Shown here piece by piece: positions 1-21,756 of a stretch of 64,000 nt of DNA; the stretch's first letter is position 1; each line of letters opens with the position of its first letter. The position numbers and the translations under genes are program-made. Source of the DNA: the human T2T-CHM13v2.0 reference genome, Homo sapiens. The notes under the pieces are model-generated. The model ran no database searches and was not told the origin of the DNA. It saw nothing but the letters and a program-made list of their open reading frames with translations. The stretch lies in NCBI RefSeq assembly GCF_009914755.1, contig NC_060940.1; one strand, 5' to 3'.

Positions 1-2130
1 TCCTGAATGCAGGTTTCTGATGATGTCAGAAAGACTGTGCTGTTGGATTAGACAGAAAACTTCTAGGACTCTAATTAAAAGGCTGATGTGGTCATAAAGA
101 TTGCTAACCCAGTATGAAGCAAAACAAGAGTTAATTGCATGGACTGAGCTAATAGAGGACTGAACTGATTCTTTTGTGGCTTTTTTGGTTTGAAACATTG
201 CTGATTCTTTTTGTTGTTCAGTGTCAAATTTTTTTTCTCTTGAGCTATTTGTAGCCCTTAACAATTGAGTATACTCTTGTAAATAAAATTTAAAGCAGAT
301 TTCTTGCTGTCTGCTTGATTTCTCCAGAATTCAAAAACTATTTGCGAATATTCTTAACTTGTGGCAATATAGTTATTTGCATAAGTTCAATAAGAATGTT
401 TTCTTTTATAACAGCACATAATTGGAGGTACTGGTTTTTTGACCAAGGGTTTAACTGGAATGACATTTTTAGATATAAGCAGACTGCTTTGAGGAATTGA
501 GATTGACTTTATAGAGCTGATAAATGTCCCTTGGAAAGACTGGCCTCACACCTCTCTATGTAGTTCCTTTGCAGGATTCCTGACCTGTGCTAAGTAACGA
601 ATGTCACTTTCTGACAGGCCCAGGAATCTAAAGTTACTTTGAGACCTTGAGAGGAGAGGAATTCACCCAATTTGTACAGGTATCTGCAGGCACAGATACA
701 TTCTTGGCTGAGCTTGAGAGGCCTTTAAAAGTTGAATCTGAGATTCCTTTTGGGAAGTTCCAGCAAAGCCAACTTAAAAGAGCCTATATGGACAATAATT
801 CTTGCTGTACTTTATGCAAATAATCTGGCTAAGTATAATAAGACTAAAACTTAATTTGCAAATAAATTGGTCTTACCATGATTTGTCTTTGGTAGAGATG
901 GGGAACTGGCCAGAGAAAAATTATGTTTCAGAAGAAGACTGTAGTATACCTGTTATTACATTAACCTATGATTCCTGGGTGGCAACCTGGAGCTGCAGCT
1001 ATGCTGCATTCAGTTATTAAAGGTAAAGTTTACCAGTGGAATTTTTTGTTGTTGTTGTTTTAATTTTTTTTTACTTTTTTTCTTTTTAATAGAAAGCCAT
1101 TGCAAGAACCAGTGGAATTTAAAGATGGATCAAATTCCTGGGGAGTTGGATCACTGGATGCATAAGGAAATCCAAACTAATAAGGAAAAAGTGAAATATT
1201 CATTCCTTAGTTATTGTTATCTATAATAGCTAAAATTAAAGTAAGAGTGCTGGATTAAGCCTTGAGGCTGGACCAAGCTCAGATGTGGGTCTGAGTTTAG
1301 ATCACTAGCCTCAAAGCCACCCACAAAAGAGGTAGTTTCTGGTGCCTCTCAGACCTGTGGTTTCCAAGAAGGTAGTCAAGGTAGGGAAGGGCAAAACGAA
1401 GTAACTACTGAAGCCAAATGGTGTGATGTGAAGGAAGTGTTCCCTTTTGTAGACTGGTATCATCAGCTTCCTTGAGGCACCTTTCCTAATAATGGATTGT
1501 GAGAATAACTAATTTGGAAGCAGTGTCTTTTGTTTTAAATGCTGCAGAGTGGAAGAGCATGTCTGGTTAATGTAGGGCCCACAGCTCACAATTGAACAGT
1601 CATAGAAGGATATATAATTCAGACACACAGGAGGTTATTCCTGAGCGTGGACTGGATAAAAGTCACTGTAAGATCTGTTTACCCCAGATAAGTGGAACTG
1701 CCCAACTCCACTTATCAATGCCACCTGGAGCACCTCAGATGAAGCAGCTGATATGCTTTGTACACTAGCCATGGGGGCCTGGCTTTAAGAGGACAGGAAT
1801 TTTAATCTTACATTTTGCTTTTTGACCCTTGTGTTGCTTAAAAGGTTTTCAGGATTAATGAGTGCCTACCCACCGCCATTTCTATCTGGCCTAGAATGTT
1901 TAATTGAAAATCAGTCTTTTGATTCTGAGTCCCTTGGCCATAGAAGTGTCCCACTGAGAGATAGGATGGACCCAGAGCAGGCAGCCATACCACCCCAGCA
2001 ATGATATGGGACAAAATAAAAGCTTGGCTATTGATGCTGCCTCTGGCATATCTTGACCAAAAGGGGCCAAACTAAAAATAAAGTCCTAAGCCCGTCATTG
2101 ACTGAACAGACCCATTTGTGACCAAGGGAA
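1..2130 (+). mobile_element. ERV1 (MER4-group-like) degenerate internal sequence ending in a polypurine tract and the start of an LTR
   Basis: AT-rich non-coding sequence resembling MER4-group internal regions; AAAAGGGG purine tract near 2060 followed by an LTR-like start (aaactaaaaataaagtcctaagccc...gactgaacagaccc). Family assigned from recall; boundaries approximate. Confidence 0.5.
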
Positions 2131-2771
2131 CCCCAGTTGCCAGGAGACAAATCTTACTTGGGGAAAAGTCTTGCCCCTTGCCCTGCTGAAGATATGAATA
2201 CCCCAGAAATGGGTTGGCTCTTAGCCCCTTTGAAATACTGTACAGGAGACCATTTCTCCAGATTCCCTGATACTTGAGGATTTTTCCTCTCCAGAAAGAG
2301 AAGCTAGTTCATATATAAAATCATTAGGAAGTATGTTAACTAGTCTCTGAGTTTGCTTCTAACAGGTTCCAATTCCTTTTGCCTCTTTATTCTTTGAAAC
2401 TGGGGAACCAGGTCATGCTGAAGACCTGGCAGTCCCACCAGGCTCAAGACCAGCTGCAAGCACAATGGGTCAGCTCCTTTGCGGTGCTGCTGACCACCCA
2501 CCCATCCGTCAAGTTTGCCAGTGTTACCCATGGACTCACCGTACTGGAGTAAAACTAGTCCCTCTTGGATCCCTCTAGAGGAAACACTCATGGTTGTGTG
2601 AACCCTTCTACGGCCTTAAGTTAGTATTCAAAGCCCAGCCAAAGACCTGAAATAAGAAACCATACAGAGAACACAGAACTCTGAGTCTTCTCTTGGATTT
2701 CCCAAGGGATCCACTCCATATTCTGTGGCATTTTTAAAATTTTTATTATCTATGTTATTTTTTATTTTTAG

Positions 2772-3249
<478 letters not shown>

Positions 3250-3489
3250 GTTATCTATGTTATTAATCATCTTAGCATGGCTTGAAATGTTGCTCTAAAA
3301 CCAAGATAAAAGGACCCATATTACCATGTTCCATCAAGCTGGATGCCAGCCAGGCACTTGTGAGTACTTCAGCTATAGGCATGACGTTTTCGTTCTTCGT
3401 CATTATCCCACAATGCCCCTTCTCAGCGTGAAGCAGTCAGAAAGATTGAGGACCAGATTCTCTGTGACTGGAGAAAGGATAAATGGCTA

Positions 3490-3790
3490 GAGAGTCAGTT
3501 TTGAGCTCTGCAGATCACACGGCGGTATCTATCACAACAACTCAACTCTGCTGTTGTAGCCTGAAAGCCGCCATAGATAGCACATAAACACAGGAGCCTG
3601 GCTGTGTTCCAATAAAACTTTCATGTACACTGAAATTTGAATTTCATATAATTTTCACGTGTTACCGAATATTATTATTCTTTTGGGGTTTTTTCTAGTC
3701 ATTTAAAAATAACCACTCTTCTGAGCTTTCTGGCCATAAAAAATGGGCAGTGAGCTGGATTGAGCCTTCAGGTGTAGTCTGCTCCCTGGT
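3490..3790. mobile_element. MER58-like hAT-Charlie DNA transposon fossil
   Basis: Diagnostic 'caactcaactctgctgttgtagc...tggctgtgttccaataaaacttt'; related copies at about 21770-21950 and 56844-57070. Confidence 0.65.
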
Positions 3791-4407
3791 TTAAATAAAC
3801 TAAGTCTAGGGGTGGCTAGTCAAGCCCTCTGGGTTTGAATCCCACAATCCCACTTATTAGTGCTGGGGTCCTGGGCAAGTTACCTCTTGGAGTTTCACTT
3901 TCCTTATATGTAAAATGGGAGTAATAGTGGATCCTATCCGATTTGCCTGGTTTGAGAATTAGAATAGATGTAGGTGTCAACCCAGTGAGTGTCTGGGGCA
4001 TAGAAAGCACCTAGCAAATATGGCTGCTACTGTTGGCTATTATGAAGGCTCAAGTAGATCCCTACAGCCTTGGAGGAACCGTTTGTGATGTGGAGGTTTG
4101 ACGGTCTTGAGCTGTCTTCAGTCCACAGTTCAGTTAGATTGAATATGAGGCTGGAGGGTTTGGTGGTGCTGCCTTGCTTTCGTGCAGTTAAGTAGAACAT
4201 GGTATATCCACAGAATGGCTTACTGTGCAGCCATAAAAAGGAGGTAGAGGTGTATATTTGTGTTCTGACCTGTAAAGATGCTCCACATATCTGTCTAAAT
4301 GTGTACAGGTATGTGTGTATAATGCATGTACGTGTGGATATGTGTCATGTGTGCATATGTCCTTTGAAATCAGGGCTGTTCAGCCTTGGGTTGACATTTG
4401 GATCTAG

Positions 4408-4903
4408 AGTAGGCAGAAAAATGCTCTCCCCTCCCCAGTAATGTCCATTTCTGAATCTCCAGAACCTGTGAATGTGTTAGATTACATAGCAAAGGGGAAT
4501 TAAGGTTGGAGATGGAATGAAAGTTGCTAATCAGCATAAAGGGAGATTAGCGTGGATTATCCCCACAGGCCCAGTGTAATCACAGAGGTCCTTCATAGTT
4601 GCCCAGGAAGTCCGTGAAGACACAACTTTGGAAGAAAGGCACAGCATAAATGCTGCTGGCTTTGACAAATGCAGGAAGAGGCCAAGGAACATGGGCAGAC
4701 CCAAGAAGCTGGAAAAGGTGAGGAGGCAGATGCTCCCCTCACGTGTCCAGGAAGGCATTCATCAGCCCTGCTGCCACCTTGATTGTAGTGCAGGCAGATC
4801 TGGTTCGAACTTCTGATCTCCGGAAATGTGAGATAATCCATTTGTATTCTTCAAGCCATTAACTTTGTGGTGATTTGTTACAGCAACAACAGGAAACGAA
4901 TCC
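4408..4903 (+). mobile_element. MLT1-type MaLR LTR
   Basis: 'agaacctgtgaatgtgttagattacatagcaaaggggaattaaggttg...ttcaagccattaactttgtggtgatttgttacagcaacaacaggaaac' matches MLT1 LTR style. Confidence 0.7.
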
Positions 4904-5029
4904 CTTTGGAATGGGAATTGCTGTCCTATGCCTGACCCACCATCATATTTTGGAAGCACATTAATTTCCCAGGCCCATGGCGGAGAGGAATCTGCCTTAG
5001 GAGAAATCTTGCCCAAAGTCTCACCTGTA

Positions 5030-5535
5030 TCTGATTCAAATGAGACTCTGGACTCTTGACTTGGTGCTGGAACAAATGAAAACATTAAACCTGTTGGGAT
5101 GGAATGAATGTACTCTGCATGTGAGAGGACATGAATTTGGGGGGCTGGGGCAGAATGCTATGGTTTGACTGTGTTCCCCAAAGTTCATGTGTTGGAAACT
5201 TCATTCCCCATCCAGCAGTGTTGAGGGGGCGGATTTTTAAGAGGGGATGGGTCACGGGGCCCTGCCCTCATGAAAGCGTTAGTTATCGCAGGAGGGGTTC
5301 CTGATAAAAGAATAAGTACAGGCCCCTTCCCCTCTCTTCCTCTCCTGCAGGCAAGCATGCCCTCTTGCCCGTCCACCTTCCACCATGGGATGATGCAGCA
5401 AGAAGGCCCTCACCAGATGTGGGCCCCTTGACCTTGGACTTCCCAGCGTTGAGAACTGTAAGAATAAATCTTTGTTCTTTAGAAATTACCCAGTCTCAGA
5501 TATTCTGTTACAGCAGCACAAAACAAAGTGAGACA
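5030..5535 (+). mobile_element. MST/MLT1A-type MaLR: internal 3' end with PPT plus LTR (5156-5535)
   Basis: PPT 'ggggggctggggcagaa' then TG-start 'tgctatggtttg...' ending 'gagaca'; AATAAA at about 5463. Confidence 0.7.
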
Positions 5536-6675
5536 GAGGGTGTAGGGCAGGAAATTTCCTCACCCAATTCAGTGAAACTGTAAATTGGTAAAAAAAGGAC
5601 TTGAAAAGCCTGGCAGTGGCTATTCATAATGTGCAAACTCTGCACTAGCGATTCCTGCAAACATGCACATATACTTGTATTTGCTATAACACTGTTTAAT
5701 ATAAAAACATAGGCTGGGCACAGTGGCTCACACCTGTAATCCCGGCACTTTGGGAAGCTGAGGTGGGCAGACTGCTTGAGCTCAGTTCAAGACCAGCCTG
5801 GGCAACTTAAGCCCAGGAGTCTGAGGCTGCAGTGAGCTGTGATCGAGTCTCTGTACTCCAGCCTGGGCAACAGAGTGAGACCCTGTTTCAAAAGAAAACA
5901 AAACAAAACAAAAAATAAAAAGGCAAAAATCTAAGTGATTATCAGTAGGGAACAGATTAAATGGAGGGGAATTTCCCCTCTATTAAGATTAAATAGATTA
6001 AATAGAGGGGAATTTCCACAAAGGAGTACAATAAAGCAATTATAAATAACGATGCAGATCTGTATATGCTGACATGAAAAGAGCAAGTTACAAAACATGT
6101 ATGTTATTCACTATTTATTAAAATTACATAAATGTTTATATTTATAAACAAGTGGTAGAGACTCATTCATTCAACAGAAATATACTGAACTACAGGATAT
6201 AGCTGTTCAGTGTGTATGTACATTTGTTCAACAGAAATATGTTGAACCAAAAAAAAAAGAAAAGAAAGAGGAGGAGATGAGTCCATGTACTCCTCAGTTT
6301 ACTCATGAGCTCATTTACTGCACAAATGCAGACACTCACTACAAAAATGGCAAATATATATTTGCTACTGTTCAAAGCAAGAGCCCCTCTAAAAAGGCCT
6401 TCACTAGCTACTGGGAAGGCTACATTTGAGGCTACAATGAGCTATTAACCTGCCACTGCACTCCAGCTTGCGTAACAGGAGACCTTATTTACAAAAAAAA
6501 AAAAAAAAAAGAAGTAAATAAACAAGACTTTAATTACATTCGGCCCTAAGCACATACAGTAAAAATTCAGTGGATGCAGGTCTCAGGTGAGGTCAGCGAA
6601 GCATTATGCTCAGCATTTGATGTCCAAATCACAAACGGATCATGAAATACTTACATGTAGAAATAACTAAGACTT

Positions 6676-6981
<306 letters not shown>

Positions 6982-7654
6982 TTAATATAAAATATAGCTT
7001 TATATTGGGAAAGGCTGAAAAACTTAATTTCATAAGACAAACTAGAAAAAATAAAGCTTGACGAATATTTCCCATTTGTAAGTATTAGTCTTCTCTACAG
7101 GACAAGCTGAAACACATATTAATTTTTTAAAAGAATTAAGATTTTATTTACATGATTGATTAAAAGGGGTATGGGAATGTAGTTAAAACTAGTAAGAAGC
7201 CTTGAACTTGGGCTTAAAGTCACAGTTTAAATCTCAGCTCCACTCTTTCCTAGCAAGGTGACCTTGGGCACATTATCTTCTTTGAGCCTCAGTTTCCTCA
7301 TCTGCAAAAACGTGATAATAACAGCACTTAATTCACGAGTCCGCTGTGAGGACTGAATGAAACAACCCAAGCAAACCACTTAACATGCTACTAGGCACGA
7401 ACACTCAGCACACATTAGCAAACTTGTCATCTGCAACTTTGCAAACTCCTTGAATACTGGACTCGGAATGGCCCCATAATATCTCATCTATAATAACTAA
7501 CTTCAGTCTTCCATTCATTCACACATACAAAAACCATTTACTGCACATCTAGTCTGGGCCAGGTAACCTTCTCTATGCCCTGGGGATCAAGAAAGACACA
7601 TAAAGATTCAGATTATGAAATTATGAGAGGTCATTTTTTAAATGTTCAGGCAAA

Positions 7655-8589
<935 letters not shown>

Positions 8590-8590
<1 letters not shown>

Positions 8591-8880
8591 GCCAGGCACG
8601 TTGGCTCACGCTTGTAATCCCAGCACTGTGGGAAGCTGAGGCAGGAAGATCGCTTGAGCCCGGGGGTTTGAGACCAGCCTAGGCAACACAGACCCCAGAT
8701 CTACAAAAAAGACAAAAATTCACCTGGCTTGGTGGTGCACTCCTGTAGTACCAGGTGCTCGGGAGGCTGAAGTGGGAGGATCATTTGAGCACAGGAGGCA
8801 GAGGTTGCAGTGAGCCAAGATCCTGCCACTACACTGCAGCCTGGGTGACAGAGCAAGACCACGGTCTCCAAATAAATGAA
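8590..8880 (+). mobile_element. Alu (AluJ-like)
   Basis: Diverged Alu dimer motifs. Confidence 0.85.
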
Positions 8881-9815
8881 ATGCGAAAACCATTCTGAGC
8901 CTGCAGCCGCCAGATTTCCCCCCAACACCAGACTTTGCTGACCCCTGATCTATGTACAAGTGAAGTCCATTTTCCCATGAAACTTTAGTCCTTTTTAATC
9001 ACTTCCCAAATCCAAATTCTTCTTACTCAGAAGGGGGATTTCTGTGCTTTCCCAACTTGCATTTCAGAGGTTGAGAGACGATGGCTTTTCAAGACTTTGC
9101 CAAATTGCTCCTTTTCAATCCTTTCAGCCATTCTGGGGCCTTGAGAGCAGGGGCTCATCTTTCTACCACCAAGGGCACCCCCCACCCAAGGATAGCAAAT
9201 ATGTGGCCGAGGCGCCAACACTAACATCAAACATCAATGGCTCCCACTGCCCCTGGGCTCACAGGGCTGTTGGTTTTTGGTTTACAATTTCACATGAGAG
9301 ATCACTGTTCTGCTGGCTTTTATTACACTTGCACACTGACTGATACGTCAATTAAAATGAAAAAATGAAGCATGGAGAGAATTTTTAATGAACTCATTTT
9401 CAATGCTGGTTACCAGGAAATATCTGAATGCATTTTTGAGAAATAAGAGACTATGACTAATCTACCAAGAAATCTGAATACTGTATATAGGGTAACAACA
9501 TAAACATTACTGCGTGCAACGTGATTTGTATTCACAGTGAAATTACAGAGCCTAAGCCCACCCAGGGCTAGGCAATGGATTTCATTCTGCTGGGAATCTG
9601 ATTTTGTGCAACACTGTCACCTCCCGTTACAAGTATTTACAAAATCCACCTGAGCCTCTGAGCCCAGTTTGGATGCAATAGTTTGATTTCATAGTGAGCT
9701 GGAGGACTATTGAATGAGTTTTTAACTGTTTTGTCTCATTAGATTAGCTGTCTTCTTACATTTCTGGGGATGAATCTACAATCTACCTAATTGGATTTTA
9801 AAAATAAAGGACTCG

Positions 9816-10120
<305 letters not shown>

Positions 10121-11743
10121 AGGACCCTCTGAAACTTAAAAAAAAAATTGTTATACTTGCCACAAAGCAGTTTAAAAGTCATAAGAGAGTTCAAGAACTC
10201 TAAAGGAATGGTATTGGGAAAAAATTGTTCCCATGCATAACACTGAAAAGAAAAAGGATACTTATCAGGGGGAAATGATTCAATAGAAAATATTTTGGCA
10301 ATGGTGTGGGAAAAATAGGTCTAATAGTTCTATACTCTGAATTATTTCCCCAAATGATGGTATTTTGCCCACATATTTACAACTTCTCTAAGACATGGTA
10401 ATAACATTTATTTCTTACTTTAAACAACAGTAACAAAACCCTTCTCAATCTTAATCTTGATAATATTATTTCAATTCCAGTGACTAAGATGAACAGTTAC
10501 AGTTTACCCTAAATTGAATTGAGGTTTATAATTTTCCTGCACATGTAAGCTTATCCACGTGGCGTTTTGGTAGGTCAGTTGGTTTTTTCCCCTCTGGCAC
10601 ATGAAATGGAATCTATTTGCTATCCCTGCTCTAACCATGTGGACTGTCTCAAAGCTCCAGCAAAGATTCCTGCTCATGGCAAAGTCTGAAGGAAACTGCT
10701 TCTCCACCACCGACCACCTCAGTGGCCTCCCAGAAATTCCAAGTGCCTCATTCCCCAGCCTGCTCCGGTCACTCGTGGTACCTGCTTGGACCTGGAGGCA
10801 GCTGAGTTTGAGATATCAAATGTATTTAAGTAGGCAAAAGTATGTGAGAAAATTTTGTAAAATACTGTGATGCAGACAGTACATCCACATAGAGCTACTG
10901 CCTAAAGAGAAGGGAGCTCAGGAGGAGTCCAGTTTATTGCTCTGGTGAGGCAGCCAGGGGCTAGGAGGAGCTGAAAAGCCACAAAGAAAATCTAAAGCAA
11001 AAGTGCCCAAGGCCAGGCCACACAGGGTGGGGGGCTCCCTCCACACCTGGGCTCTGACTCAGTGCTGTGACTGATGGCTGCTCGGGAGGCGCGCAGCGTC
11101 TGAAGACAGGTTGTGCAGGCTCCCTTCCAAACTAGGTCAGCACGTTTGGACTTTGACAAACTCATCCCCATAAAAACAGGTTGTAAATGATCATTAAGTT
11201 CTCAGTCCAACTTACAAGGACTCATTTAGCTCACAGATTATCTAAGAGACAGCCCTGGCAGGGGCCTATTGAGTTTTCCGAGCCACTCAGAAAATTAGTG
11301 AAAAAAGATCTAGGAGGTAACGGTGGTTCTTAACCAGAGCTACATACGATGATCATGGGGCCTCTGAAAATAATACAGGTGATGCCACTTACATGAAATG
11401 GCCAGAAAACAGGACTCGATAGAGACAGAATCTATAGAGGTAGAAAGTAGATGAGTGGTTGGCCATGAAGCTGGAGGGTTAGGAACAGGGATTAACTTTA
11501 GAAGGGGCAAGAGGGCTCTTATTTGAGGTGATGAAAATGTTCCACAATTGGATAGTGATGCTGGTTACATAACTCTGTAAATTTACTAAGAATCATTTTG
11601 TATACTTAAAATGGGATAATGCCCTGATTCTAGGGCGGCCCAGAAGGAGCTCGGAAGTGCACGATTTAAATTGGCTTTACTCTCTTGCCCTCAGGCAGAA
11701 TAAACTCAGTGATAAGAAACAGAGTGATAAGAAATGACTCTGG

Positions 11744-12095
<352 letters not shown>

Positions 12096-13037
12096 CTAGA
12101 TGCTCACAGGTACGCTTTACTAAGCAACGTTACCTCCACTGTGAAATGGGAATACTCATAACCATAAAATAATAATAATAATAATGATACCACCACCATA
12201 GTGGTTGTTTAGGAACACCATGTTATGTACTTCATTTAATGTGTTTGGTGGCACCTAGTGAGGGTTCATGGAGTGTTAGCTATTCTGAGAATTACAACAA
12301 ATAATAACAACCTTCAGATAAATCCCAAGTCTTATCTAAGAATGACCTTTCCAAACTTATCAAGCTGTTGTAGCTTCTCTCTGGAAAAAGTGGCTGTTGA
12401 GCCCAGACCACACAAAGACAAAAAGCTAGTCAGACTTAGAGCAGGAGTAGCGCAGGACGTTCAATGAAAACACAGGATTGGTTGTGATAACACCGTGTGG
12501 GATGGCACCAAAGAGAATCACAGGCAAACGATAAACAGAAACTCAGGGACAGAATATGTGGAGAGTTAGTGAACCCTGCATCAGAAGCTAACGTCTTAAG
12601 CTGCTGGGCTTCCCACCACTGCTAATGAGGCTACAGAAACACCTGCACCAGCAGATCTCAGCTGAACATTCATAGATGAGCAAAAGCAAGTCCCCAGGTA
12701 TAAACCACATATCCTAGGACGGACTTCATCCAAGGTATTGAGGATCTCAGATCTTGGTTAATGTGGCCATTATTTATGGAGCTCACGCTAAATGTCAAGA
12801 AACGGGAAGGAATAAAAAGGAGGGACAAATGACACACAGTCCCCACCTTTGGGAGCTCATGGGAAAGACAGAGATGTCAACAGTCATCCTTGAGGAGAGC
12901 TCTATGGGGGCACAGATAGAAGAGCAATGAGCTGTGTGGCCAGGAAAGCAGGGAAACAGTCCAAGTGGACCTCAGATAAGTCAGGACAACTAAAGAGCAT
13001 GGGGAGAAGGGTTTGGGGAGGAGTGTGTACTCAGTAG

Positions 13038-13487
<450 letters not shown>

Positions 13488-14329
13488 TGATTGCAGTGTA
13501 TGAAAATCGGCCTTGTGTTTGGCACCAACTTGGTGCCTTGCAATCTACTAGGACCTTTATATACTGTGGCTGATGGATCCATTCATTAATGAAGCAATTG
13601 CTTGGGAGTTAAAACTCACTACCCTGCTGAGATCTGAAACACATGTGGAAAAAAGCCAGGTATAGGGATTGTACACGTAGGATACTCTGTGTGGTGACCT
13701 TCAATAACATGTAAAACTCAACCATGGAAACAGAGACAAGAACAAGGCTTGCTGGGGCAGAAGGGTGAAGGTGAATCTCAAAGGGGACAAGGAACTTTTT
13801 GGATGATGGAAATGTTCACTATCTTCCTTAGGGTAGTGCTTATGTGCAGGTGTAGACGTTTGCCAAAACCCACTGATTTGTACTCTTAAGATGGGTGTGT
13901 GGCACAGTGTAAATTTTTACCTCCATTTAACAAAGTAACTGTGGCATGAAAATCACAAGATGCAGAACACATATGGAGTGTACGGTGCCACTTAGAAAAA
14001 ATGAAAGGCAATGTTTTTCTTAACACGTACGCTCACACTCACACTCAGGGAAAAGCATCTGGGGTTTCTGAGCAGCTGTCCTGGTGGCTGGGTGGCAGGT
14101 GCTGCATGTGGCACAGAGGAAAGTCACTAATGCAGAGGGAGAGGGCGCCAACCCTGAGGGTGGGAAGGTGTGGGGATGAGCAGAGGCCCATGAGCACCAG
14201 TCTGGCCCTAGTGACGCCCCAGGCCAGGCCTGTGCATTGCCAGGCAGCATCCTACCCTTTGTGACCCTCTGAGTAGGCGCTGCCTAGCAACGCCTCATTG
14301 TGAATGTCTGTTTTAAAGACAGGGCCTCC

Positions 14330-14640
14330 GCCAGGCGCGGTGGCTCATGCCTGTAATCCCAGTACTTTGGGAGGCCAAGGTGAGTGGATCACGAGGTTGG
14401 GAGTTCAAGACCAGCCTGGCCAACACAGTGAAACCCCGTCTCTACTAAAACTACAAAAATTAGCCGGGCATGGTGGCACATGCCTGTAGTTCCAGCTACT
14501 CGGGGGGTGAGGCAGGAGAATCGCTTGAACCCGGGAGGCAGAGGTTGCAGTGAGCCGCGATTGCACTACTGTACTCCAGCTTGGGCAACAGAGAGTGAGA
14601 CTTTGTCTCAGTTAAAAAAAAAAAAAAATTTAAAAAAAAG
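14330..14640 (+). mobile_element. Alu with 15-bp TSD aaagacagggcctcc, about 80 bp upstream of the TRIP11-like ATG
   Basis: Identical TSDs at 14315-14329 and 14637-14651. Confidence 0.92.
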
Positions 14641-14733
14641 ACAGGGCCTCCCTGACTTGCCCAGACTGGACGCGAATCCCAGTGCACTGGATGCTTTTCA
14701 CGAAGGACAGCAGATCAGTTCTAAGATCCACCA

Positions 14734-17892
<3,159 letters not shown>

Positions 17893-18739
17893 TCACACTA
17901 TGGTTGCTTCTTGTGAGGCTGGGTGTTGGCCAGACTGAGGTTGTGTTTGAGGGATAGTTGAAGTAGTTTTATAATGCTTTCAGTGTTTTATAAGGAGCAG
18001 GTACTTTTGTATGCCTTCGGTAATTAAAATATTCATGTGTGTTAAGGATCAAATATTGTAAAATACACGAGTGTATAGTTGGTATATAAGAAAAACAGAT
18101 GAACAGCAGAAAAGCATAAGTTGCATAAAAATTAAAAAATTTAAAGTTCAGCATGAAGTGACTCACACCTATAATTCCAGCACTTTGGGAGGCTGAGGGG
18201 GATGGATAGCTTGAGCTCAGGATTTCAAGAACAACCTGCACAACATGAAGAAACCCTGTTTCCAAAAAAAAAAAAAAAATAGAAAAATTAGCTAGGTGTG
18301 CTGGTGGGCACCTGTAGTCCCAGTTACTCAGGAGGCTGAGGTGGGAAGGTCAAATGAGGCTGGGAGGTCTGGGTTGCCATGAGCCATGATCACAACACTG
18401 CAATCCAGCCTGGGCAACACGGTGACAGCCTGTCTCAAGAAACAAAGAAAAAAAAAGTAGAAGTTCTGTTTTTTGGCTATGTCCTACTCTTTTCCATTTC
18501 CCAGAAAACTATTATTGATCTGTATTTTTTCCAGATCTTTTAAAAATATGTGCATGTCTGTATTAATGATAGTATATTATTCTCTGATATGCTTTCTAAA
18601 AAAAAATCACTACACTTTGGAGATCTCTTAAAATGTGAATGACTCCATTTTATTCCTTTTAAAAGTAGAATTTCTTCCTATAGATATCCTCCAATTCATT
18701 TCAACAGCTCCTATTCATCAGCGTGTAAGCAGTTTGTGC

Positions 18740-20350
<1,611 letters not shown>

Positions 20351-20456
20351 CTTTTTATCCTTGCTCTTTACTAAGGACCTACAGACTGGTCTCCCCTCAG
20401 CCACATCTGACAGTTTCTTTCTTTCTTTTTTTTTTTTTTTTTTCTCATTTTTTTGA

Positions 20457-20564
<108 letters not shown>

Positions 20565-21408
20565 TGAGACTACAGGCATATGCCACTATGCCTGACTAAT
20601 TTTTGTATTTTTAGTAGAGACAAGGTTTCACCATGTTGCCCAGACTGGTCTTGAACTCCTGGCCTCAAGTGAACTGCCCACCTCAGCCTCCCAAAGTGCT
20701 GGGGGATTACAGGCGTGCCACCATGCCAGGCCTGAAAATTTACTGACAGGTTCTTAATAGACATTTGTTGACTGGAATTGGTAATTGAATAATTCAATTC
20801 ATAACTAAACAATTCCATAACAATTAAATAAACAAATGACACATACAGAAAACACATATAAAGAAATACAAATATAAGGACACATTCATTTCCACCTTAA
20901 TGAAAAAAATTTAAATAGCTAGCAAATTTTTAAAACATACGTAAGCAACTAAGGTGGTGGCAAAAGGCGATACTCATCACGTCGTGTATAATGACATGCA
21001 TTATAGTGCAGCATCGCTTTCTGGAGAATAAATTAAATGATAGCATTATCATCTTAGGAAATTTGGAATTACTGTCAAAAATAAATATTAATTTCCTATA
21101 AATGTAGGAATTCTAAACTCTACAGAATTCATTGGAAAAAAATAATTTAGGATAGAACAGATATAATCGTAACAATGGTGACTACCACATCAGACAGAAG
21201 TGACAGCTAGATGACAAAAGGGATAAATCCAGCTCAAACCAGCAAAGCCAGCTGGATGACAATTATGAGTGCAGGTGAGAAACAATGAGCACCTGATGAA
21301 GGTAACAGGAAGGACAGCCACAGAGAAGGAGAGACCGAGTCAAAAGATAACCAAGGAGGTAGCACGGCCAGATCACAGTAATAGCCAGGGTATAGAAGAC
21401 AGAGGAGA

Positions 21409-21756
<348 letters not shown>

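Noticed and set aside
6170-6247. Short direct repeat ttcaacagaaatat and small hairpin actgaac...gttcagt
   Set aside because: Consistent with an L2/MIR tail and a micro-duplication; too short to support an RNA gene.
9027-9343. Non-repeat ORFs with a minus-strand donor-like site near 9025
   Set aside because: No recognisable protein similarity, and a stop codon precedes the donor.
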